A DNA stretch of 64,000 nucleotides from the NCBI RefSeq assembly GCF_009914755.1, contig NC_060934.1; one strand, given 5' to 3'. Numbering within the stretch: the stretch's first letter is position 1; each line of letters starts with the position of its first letter. This DNA is from the human T2T-CHM13v2.0 reference genome, Homo sapiens. A program made the position numbers and the translations under genes. This document shows positions 49,839 through 64,000 of the stretch, piece by piece. The notes beneath the pieces are model-generated. The model had not been told where the DNA came from and searched no databases. It saw only the letters and a program-made list of their open reading frames with translations.

Positions 49839-50195
49839 CTGACAAAACATGTTTTATTGGAGAAGGCTAAAGCACACCTCCTCAGAACTGGGACTCCAGT
49901 GGGGTTTCAGACTGTTCATAGGTTAGTATGCCTATCAAGAGTAATTGATTTATTTTAATGTGGTTGTTTTAGCTACTTGACTGTGAATTGGAGGGAATTT
50001 GGATGGAGGTGTTGTGGACCTGAATCATACAATATGGTGGCATCATTGGTGAGGTTTTCAAAACACTGGCATGACCTGCTATGTCCAGGATCTATCATTG
50101 CAGGCTAATTTAGATACAGTTCAAAGCAAGGGATGATGCCCTGTATTCAGTAGAATAATACGTTAGGTCAAAATTTGGGCTTTTTTGAATCCTTA

Positions 50196-50547
50196 TGCTA
50201 ATGGTTGAAGGTGTCCAGGTTCTCGGCGTCTTGATCAAAGATTTGGACAAAAGGCACAAACAAAGCAAGAAGAGAATGAAATAACAAAAGCAGAGATTTA
50301 TTGAAAACAAAAGTACGCTCCAGAGGGTGGGAGTGGGCCCGAGCATAGGGGCTCAATAGCCCCATTACAGAATTTTCTGGGGTTTAAATATCCTCTAGAG
50401 GTTTCCATTGGTTACTTGGTGTATGCCCTATGTAAATGGAGAGGATATTTCCTATCATAGCTGAAGTGTTTCCATTTGATTTAGTCCTAGGAAGTCAGTG
50501 TGAATTGGCCTTATGTTCCTGCCTCCAGACCCTATTCTCCTGCCTCA
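50196..50547 (-). mobile_element. MER51-like ERV1 solo LTR
   Basis: Minus strand TGAGGCAGGAGAATAGGGTCTGGAGGCAGG...AATAAA...; 4-bp TSD ctta/cttt. Confidence 0.78.
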
Positions 50548-50616
50548 CTTTTAGCCTATGAAGATTTAAATCCCTCAAGGTCCCACTATTTTTTTCTGGC
50601 AAATATATAAATAACG

Positions 50617-50904
50617 AGCCAGGCATGGTGGCTCACACCTGTAATCCCAGCACTTTGGGAGGACAAGGCAGGCTGATTACCTGAAGTCAGGAGTTTGAGA
50701 CCAGCCTGGCCAACATGGTGAAACCCCGTCTGTACTAAAAATACAAAAATTAGCCACGTGTGGTAGCACATGCCTGTAATCCCAACTGCTCAGGAGGCTG
50801 AGGCAGGAGAACCACTTGAACCCGGGAGATGGAGGTTTCAGTGAGCCAAGATTGCACCACTGCACTCCAGCCTGGGTGACAGAGCAAGACTATGTCTCAA
50901 AAAA
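50617..50904 (+). mobile_element. Alu (AluS)
   Basis: Dimer; TSD about aaatatata. Confidence 0.95.
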
Positions 50905-51949
50905 TATATATATATTATATATATATTTATATAACTTTGCATCTTTAATTTTATTATGCTTTCTTTTCCAGTTGTTACATGTGAGCACTGTTCATATCTG
51001 TGAATGCTCATTTTATATTAAATGTTTAAAACTTAGTCTTTGATACCATATATTCTTTAATTAGATAAGACGTAAACACAGTTTTCATATATATACATTT
51101 TTTTCCTGAAGCCAATCTGTCCTATTAGTCAAGCAGCTCTTTTACTGAGTAGATGTCTACAGATAACATTACTTTAGAGCTGATGACGAGTATGATGCCC
51201 GTGCAGATATTTTTTGTTTGTCCTTAGAATGCCCTTTTGCTATTTCCATGGGAATGTGGTCATGCAATTAATTAGCCAATTTGAAAGTACTTCCTCTGAC
51301 AAGCTAGCCACCTTTTTAGTAAGAGTGTAAATGAGCAATCCAAGGGACAGGTATTCAATTCACTAATTAATTTAAATGCAAAACCAAAGACTTCCAGGGA
51401 TCATATTTCTTTCGTAAAGCAAATAGACATTTTATCATTAATAGTTACATTGTGGCCATTCATTTAATTGTAAATAGTGCCCAATATTAAGGGTAAATTC
51501 AAAAAACAACATTAGATATGAAATGCATTTGTATACTAGTGACTGAACATTTCCACCAATGGGTTTTCAGTGGCAATTTCCCCATGATATTATCAAAGAG
51601 ATTTTGTTCTACAGTTTTAAGAGTGCTCTTGTATCTTTCTAAACCTCAAAAGAGAAAATATACGGTAGAATGCATCATGCATACTCATATCTTAGCCATA
51701 TTGGTGGTTGACAAGAATGTCACTTGCCACTTAAGATGTCATCACACAGGAGGATAATGATTGCAACCTGTCCCCTCGCAAAGGAAGCATATCTGGGCTT
51801 GATAATATAGTCAAATAGATCCTATGTGATGGGAATTGAAGGCCACTGCAAAGCTCTCTGCCCCTAGAAGCGCCATTCCTACCGGCTTCCTATGGAACTG
51901 TCAGCCTCTCTATTTTGCCTTAAACACTTTTATGTGCATCATACTGTCC

Positions 51950-52240
51950 AATGAAACAGTAGTGACTGGTAAACTCTGCAAGTGGCATTGAATATATGGA
52001 TCTGAAAGTCAGGATGGAGGTTCGAGTTGATGCTACCTATTCCAGATGAAAGACTTCCCAAGGAGGGTGGGCAAAGTGCAATGAGAAGATGTCAAGGTGG
52101 CGGCCTGAGGGATACTCATGTTCAGTGGCAAGAGGAAGAAGAGCCCGTGAAGGAAACGCACATAGATGGGCAGAGAGGGAGAGCACAGAGAGAGAAGAGG
52201 AGTGAATGGAACCACAAGAGGTAAGAAGCTGCTGGATCAG
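51950..52240 (-). mobile_element. L2 fragment
   Basis: gaggaagaagagcccgtgaaggaaac...; purine-rich L2 text. Confidence 0.55.
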
Positions 52241-53023
52241 TGTTAGTGGTCCCAAGTGGGAAGTGGCTTGGGGTGGGGAGTGGAAGAAGGAGGAATAAGC
52301 TGGAATGTGTGGGTAGGCAGGGGACCTTAAGACCAATCCAAATGTTCTGCAAATGTTCTTAGGTCTGGGTCCGGGTCACCTTCACCAGAAGAACCTATTT
52401 CCCTTCCCAGGGGACAGACTCAGGAGGGTCTAGCCCACATACACAAACCAAGTTATATTTCAACTGGCAGAATCAGAGAAGCCTTCTCAGGAGGCATGGC
52501 CAGATGCCACGTTGCATGTGAGGTTAAATAGGAAATAACTCAGACTGCAAAGCCAAGTTTAGAATCAGAAAAACAACTAATCAGAGCAACAGCAGTGAGA
52601 ACAATCTGTCCCGGAGCTGGAGCAGAGGCTGCCGGGCTCTGACAGTCACAGGCGCCGCCCTGCACAATGCAGCCATTATGACTGCCCGGCACCAACGTGG
52701 CTGAGCTCCAACCACAAGCCCTTTCATCCTGGAAGGTCTCTGTTAGGAAGCAGAGTCTGGTAAGTAGAGAGAAGTAGAAGTTTAAACGCAAATCAGTGAG
52801 TGAAAAAAAGGGAGAGAAATCAAAAGGTCCAAACTGAAAACCCAAATATTTCCTTAATTTCAAATTCTACAGTAAGTGGAGTAATATTATAAAATATTAG
52901 GGAACTCTGAAACAAAACTGCCATGCAAACAGAATATTTGCATATTTTGTCATCTAAGAGGGAGACGAGCATATCATAAATCATAAAAAATGATTTATGA
53001 TATGCTACTTATACAGCAAAGAG

Positions 53024-53351
<328 letters not shown>

Positions 53352-53646
53352 TGAACTAAGTTATAGGTTACATGATAAATTAATCAATATTTCTATAGAG
53401 ATACACAAAGACATAATACTGATCATTTATTCATTTGTTCCTTTAACAAAAGTTGATTGATTGCCTACTTTGTGCTTGACATTTTGTCATGTGCTAGGCA
53501 GACAATAAGGAACCAGGCCCTTACAGGGTCCCTATGCTCACAGGGCAGCATTCCTTAGCAAGGGGAGAAAGACATCAGTCAAATAATCATACTAATAGTT
53601 GTAAAACTGAAGCCATATTGAAGGATATTTTATAGTAGGGAGACTT

Positions 53647-54398
<752 letters not shown>

Positions 54399-55489
54399 AT
54401 TTGACAATCAGAGCCACAAGAGAAGTCTTTGCTAGAAAACTGACATTTCCAAATAGAGGGAACAACACGAGACAGGTCCTGTGGCATGAAGAAGCATGAC
54501 CTAAACGGCCACCAAGGGCATCTATCTCAGGAAATAGCAGGATAAAGAATTTTCTCTTTATTCTTAGAGCAATGGAAGCTGTTGAATAGTTTTAGCAGAA
54601 GAGCTGCGTTCTCAGAATTATGTTTCTAAAAGATCACTCTGGCTTCTGAGTGGAGGAGAAGGGTAAAGTATGGTTACAGGATGAGTAGTGTGGTGGTCTA
54701 AGCTGTGGCAGGAAGAAGCAACTGACATTATACAGGCTGGGACTGATGGTTGCCTGGGTTAGTGTGGAGATGGATTTGAGAGGTATTTAGGAGGTAAAAT
54801 GAGCAGGACAAGGTGTTAGAATCAATAGTGGGTGAGAGAGACAGGGAGGTTATGGATGATGCCTAGATACCTGGCTTGTAGAACAGGAAAGATGGTAGTA
54901 TCTTGTGCTGAAATAAGAGAGGTAGAAGAAGAGCATGGATTGGAAGGTGGGAAGATGCGTGATTTAGGTAGGAACTTTTGCTGTGCCTTTGTGATGTCTG
55001 CATGGAGATGACAGGTTGACAGGTGGACAGATGGGTCGGAGGCGCCGATGGAATGTCTGGTCTAGAGATATGCATTTGTGAGTCATCTGTGCAAGTTTGT
55101 CATTGCTAAGAATGCCTAAGAAAAGCACGTGGAGTGAGGAAAAGTTCTGGCATAACATGGTGGATATTTAATGGCCAGGTTTGTACAAAGGAAATGGGGT
55201 AGCCAGAGAGATGAGGGCAAGACAAAAAAGTCCTGCACCACCAGAGCCTGGCAAAGAGTGTTCTGAACAATCCCAGAGTCCTTCTGTTACAGCTTCAATG
55301 TTCTTTGTGTTGTAGATGGCAAAGTTTCTGCTGAGTTTGAGGAAGAAGGGGCAGATGCGTGTGTTTGTGTGTGCATGTGGTGTGAGAGTGGCTGTCACCA
55401 AAGGAGGGGAGAAGCTCTGTAGAAGTTTTGATGGAAAGTAGGAGAGTGAGTTAATCAAAATATGTAGTAAGAGGGTCCATCTGAGATTC

Positions 55490-55792
55490 ATTTTTTTTTT
55501 TTTTTTTGAGACAGGGTCTCACTCTGTTGCCCAGGCTGGAGTGCAGTAGTGCAATCTGGGCTCACTGCAACTAATGCCTCCCAAGTTCAAGCGATTCTCC
55601 TGCCTCAGCCTCCTGAGTAGCTGGGATTACAGGCATGCTGCACCAGCATGCCCATCTAATTTTTGTATTTTTAATAGAGACAGGGTTTCACCATGTTGGC
55701 CAGGCTGGTCTCAAACTCCTGACCTCAAGTGATCAGCCCACCTCAGCCTCTCAAAGTTCTGGGATTACAGGCATAAGCCACCGCACTCGGCC
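55490..55792 (-). mobile_element. Alu (AluS)
   Basis: TSD ctgagattcattttt. Confidence 0.95.
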
Positions 55793-56762
55793 CTGAGATT
55801 CATTTTTATGCATTTACAATAAAGCCAGTCTGCTCCATTGCGTGCCTTTCTTCAGAAGAGTTCAGCTGCTGGGGGTTGGAATGCAAATAGCTGGATTCAT
55901 TAGGGGTGAGAGTTTGCCAGAAGAGGGAAACAAACAAAAAAAGCTCAAAGGGCAAGGGAATATAGAGTATTGGCAAAAGGGCTATCAACTTGCTGAACCC
56001 TTGGCATCTGCCAGATGAGGAGGATGTGCAGACGGGACAAGGTCAAGGCACTGAGAGACTGAGGATGGAGCTGCAAGCCTGAAATCCTGATGGGGCTGAG
56101 GAATGGCCTCAGTGGAAGGAGCTGAGTCAGCCAGGGCAAGGGGAAGTAGTGATGCTCAGAGGACATTTGCTTCAGTGACTCTGCAAGTGGGGGACTGGGG
56201 AGTGACAGGAAGACCCAATGTGTGTGCACTAGGATGGATGATTTGAGTGGAGTGGAAGAGCTATTGCAGATGAGAACTTGAGGAATCAGAGGCCATTTGG
56301 TACAGCGGAACGCCATGTGTTTGTTGAATTTATTGGGCAGGATGGTGGGACTTTGAGTCCACATGCTAAGACTTTGACAAATGGCTGGGAAGGGAGTGAC
56401 CAGGAATTGGCTAGAAGAAAATAACAGGAAGGAGTGGTTGAGCTGAAAACCACGAAGTCCAAAAAAGCAAGAATTTTTGCAAGAGGGAACAATAGTAGTG
56501 GATGCAAGTGGAACAAGGAGCAAAGACGATGGCAGCCCACCTCCATAATAGGGTGCATGTGAGAGAGAAAGGCATTCCCGGGCAATTGGAAGGAGTGTCT
56601 TCTGAGAAGAGACAGCTTTCGGCTGACGCAAGATGCATGAAGGAAGCTCAGGAAGAGCAGAGGAGGTGGGAGAGTTTCTCTGATGGCAGAGGGGAAGGGG
56701 TTGGGAGGCAACTCGGTGCCTAGAAGTGCAGCATTCTTGTTACAAACACAGACAGGAGAATA

Positions 56763-57451
56763 TGGTAGTCCCCTCTTATCCTCATGAGATGTGTTCCAAG
56801 ACCCCCATTGGATGCCTGAAACCATGGATGGTACCAGATCCTATAGATATTGTTTTTTCCTATACCTACATACCTATGATACAGTTTAATTGATAAAGTA
56901 GGCACAGTAAGAGATTAATAACAGTAACTCATAATAAGATAGAATGATTCTAAAAATATACTGCAGTAAAAGTTGTGGGAATGTGGTCTCTCTCTCCAAA
57001 TATTTTACTGTTCTGTGCTCACCCTTCTTGTGATGATGTGGGATACCACAATGCCTTTGTGATGAGATGCAGTGAGGTAAATGATACAGACATTGTGACG
57101 TAGGGTTGGGCTACTATTGACTTTCTGACGATTAGGAGGACCATCTGCTTCAGGTGAACCTGGATCATCGAACCATAATTGATGGCAGTGACTGAATGTC
57201 AGGAGCAGATGCTATTGATGACTAATGGGTGGGTAGTACAATGTGGATCCACTGGACAAAGGGATGATTCATGTCCCAGGTGGGATGGGGCGGGACAATT
57301 CAAGATTTTATCACCCTTCTCAGAATGCTACCCAGTTTAAAACTTATAATTTGTTTCTTTCTGGAATTTTCTGTTTAATATTTTTGGACTGTGGTTGACC
57401 TCGGGTAACTGAAACCACAAAAAGTAAAGCTGTAGATAAGGGAGGACACTA
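56763..57451. mobile_element. MER44 (Tigger7-derived, TcMar) DNA transposon
   Basis: TIRs gtagtcccctcttatc / gataagggaggacact, TA-flanked; ttccaagacccccattggatgcctgaaacc. Confidence 0.85.
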
Positions 57452-58513
57452 TAACAAACTGTAGACCAGGAAGAAGAAAGATGCCTGAAAAATAATAATG
57501 GAATGAAGAAAAATAAATCGTTAGGCAGTAATCCCTACCAATATAAAGTCAAATCAGACCAAGAAGATCAGGCCCTCCAGGAGGCCTCTGACCCCTAAGC
57601 AAATGGCTTTCAATTTAGAGCAGAGTTTGTTCAAACTGGGGTTTGAACTCTATTTTTAGACAATTCTCTTAACATGTAACCCCAAATATTTATATTATAG
57701 CTAAAAAGATTGTACCCTGGTGAAAAAAATAGCTGAATTTAAATACACATATATACATACATACACACATATTTACACACATACACAATCTTGCCAATTA
57801 AAGATGCCAATTTAATCAACTCTTGGCTTTCTCTTCATAATGAACAATCTCGAGCCCTTACTTTTTTGCAGAAGTCCCATTTTCTAATCCTGGTTGACTT
57901 TAGGGATAGAATGTTCTCCAAGTTCTCCATGCCCCTTAATTCTAGAACTCAGGAATGGACACCCTGCTCCTAGAAAAGTTTGACTAGTACCATGTATAAT
58001 GGGAGGGTGATCTCATGGTTCCTCTGGGGACTTGGTTTTACATCCTGGCACTGTTCAGTCTTTAAAAAGCTGCTGTTATGACTGACTCCAGCTTATCTAT
58101 TTTCATTGCTGGCTCGTTTTAAGACATCCTTCCCTGTAGCCAGTCACATCTTATCTTCTATTTGTATACTTCACTTCCCTCTCCTGGAGGGACTCCTACC
58201 CTGCATTTATCTTCAGCAAACTTTAAAAAGCATCCTGACCACTGTTCTAATTTAGTAGGGTTATTTTAAACTTTGCTCTTCACCAGCGGGCTGAGGCTGG
58301 TCTTCCCACTCCTCCATTGAAGCAGTGACTAATGTGCTCTGAGTTTCCTTCATGCCAACGCTGTGTTTGGGGATGTCTGTTTGCAAACATTTCAGCCTGA
58401 ATTTTTCTCTGCTACTCCTGCGGCCTCCCTGTGCTGGGAGCACTTCTGTGGAGGTCAGGCCTTGGTCAGTGTCGATCCTTGTTCCTTTTGGCCTTTATCA
58501 GTTAAGAGAATCA

Positions 58514-58842
<329 letters not shown>

Positions 58843-59012
58843 TTAATGTTGAGGAGGACTATTTCTAAATTAACACACAGACAACAAGAACTTAATCTTT
58901 TAGATCCAAAATCAGCACCCGTACTATTATTATTTTTTTGGTTCTTTTATATATTATATATCCCAGAGACTATGTCTGTTTTGTACTGCAAGAGCCGGTG
59001 AAATGTCTATCC

Positions 59013-59312
59013 TTTTTTTTTTTTTTAAATAGACAGGACCTTGTTCTGTTGCCCAGGTTGGAGTGCAGTGGAATGATCACAGGTCACTGCTGCCTTGAAC
59101 TCCTTGGCCCAGGTGATCCTCCCGCCTCAGCCTCCCAAACAGCTGGGACTGCAGGCATGTGCTGCCATGTCCAGCAAATTTTTAAATTTGGTGTCAAGAC
59201 AGGGTCTCGCTATGTTGCCCAGGCTGGTCTTGAACTTGTGGCCTCCAGCAATTCTCCTGCCCCAGCCTTTGGAGTAGCTGGTACTACAGGAGCACCATTG
59301 CACCTGCCTGGT
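59013..59312 (-). mobile_element. Alu (AluJ-like, diverged)
   Basis: Antisense dimer. Confidence 0.9.
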
Positions 59313-59671
59313 CGTAATTTTTAACTCAACCATTCCAGAGGGTAAGAGTATCATTAAATAGTGAAAGAAAGAATGAACGCAAAGTCAGAAAATGCAGGAA
59401 AGGATGCACAGAGGCAGCTACAAATCCTCCCTCAAGCCAGGACTAATCCCTTCCTGTCCAAGTTCCAATGGCTGATGCTTCATCTTTCTTCCTTTCCTCT
59501 GGTCTACATGATTTCTCTGTAAATGTTGTTACAAGCATTTGCATCTAAATCTTGTTTTCTCTATGAAACTACAAACCTGCAGAGGGAAGTTCCTGATGGT
59601 TGCTAATCTATCTCTATTTCACTCACAGTATTTTACCTAATGTCTTAAAACAGTCAGTGCTCAATAAAGAT

Positions 59672-59987
59672 TGGTCACAGCGGCTCATGTGTGCCATCTC
59701 ATCTCAATGCTTTGGGAGGCCAGGCAGGAGAATCGCCTGGGCCCAGGAGAGCCAGACCAGCTTGGGCAAGAGAGTAGGACATTGTTTTTTGAAGGAAAAA
59801 AAAAAAAAAAAAATGAGCCAAGCTTGGTACACACCTGTAGTCCCCACTGTGTGGGAGTCTGAGGTGGGAGGATCACTTGAGCCTAGGAGGAGGAGGCTGC
59901 AGTGAGCTATGATTGTGCCACTGAACTCCAGCCTGAGTAACAGAGTGAGACCTTGTCTCAAAAAAAAAAAAAAAAGAAAAGAAAAAA
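59672..59987 (+). mobile_element. Alu (AluJ-like, diverged)
   Basis: Dimer with A tail. Confidence 0.88.
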
Positions 59988-59990
59988 TTT

Positions 59991-60298
59991 GGCTGGGTGC
60001 AGTGGCTCATGCCTGCAATGCCAGCACTTTGGGAAGGTGGGGTGGGCATATCATTTGAGGTCAGCAGTTTGAGGCCAGTCTGGCCAACATGGTGAAAACC
60101 CCCCTCTACTAAAAATACAGAAACTAGCTGGGCGTGGGGGCATACACTTGTAATCCTAGCTACTGGAGAGGCTGAGACAGAAGACTCGCTTGAAACCAGG
60201 AGGTGGAGGTTGCAGTGAGCTGAGATTGCACCACTGCACTCCAGCCTGGGCGACAGAGCCAGGCTCCATCTGAAAAAAAAAAAAAAAAAAAAAAAAAA
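59991..60298 (+). mobile_element. Alu (AluS), tandem to the preceding Alu
   Basis: Dimer with long poly(A). Confidence 0.94.
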
Positions 60299-60464
60299 GT
60301 TGACTGAGTGAACAATGAAAGAACACATGCAATTTAAGAAAGTTTAGTCCCAAGTTGATTTACTGTTTTGGCAAAGTAATTTAATTTTAATCGAATTCTC
60401 TTCTAATTCAAAACTTTAATTGATTTAAATAATAATAAGATGAAAAATAACCAATTTGAAATCT

Positions 60465-64000
<3,536 letters not shown>

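Noticed and set aside
55945-56825. 228-aa and 179-aa minus-strand ORFs
   Set aside because: They lie in decayed pyrimidine-rich L2/MER44 sequence; the products are low-complexity S/L/P-rich with no intact domain.

Overview
Primate (human-like) non-coding genomic DNA, intronic or intergenic, and very rich in repeats. I find no credible host protein-coding exon, RNA gene, CpG island or CRISPR array. Nearly all ORFs in the track are Alu, LTR, L1 or L2 read-throughs. Content: about 45 Alu/FLAM copies; a 5'-truncated young L1PA whose ORF2 is largely open (60465 to window end); older L1PB/L1M and L2/MIR remnants; a ~6.1 kb MER61-type ERV1 provirus on the minus strand; several solo LTRs (THE1, MST/MLT1, MER51-like, LTR16-like, LTR32/47-like); and DNA transposon fossils (hAT Tip100-like, MER5A, MER44). 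Most interesting structures: (1) an apparent ancient L1PB 3' transduction bounded by a 19-bp TSD; (2) a 94-bp non-TE-looking direct duplication 1294 bp apart, in which one copy folds into a pre-miRNA-sized hairpin; (3) a candidate recursive splice site; (4) a provirus with a collapsed 5' LTR and four Alus forming two close inverted pairs; (5) a perfect 17-bp AT-rich inverted repeat. I see no evidence for a new multi-gene system. Repeat subfamily names come from recalled consensus sequences and need RepeatMasker/Dfam confirmation. Element boundaries are approximate, except where TSDs are quoted.
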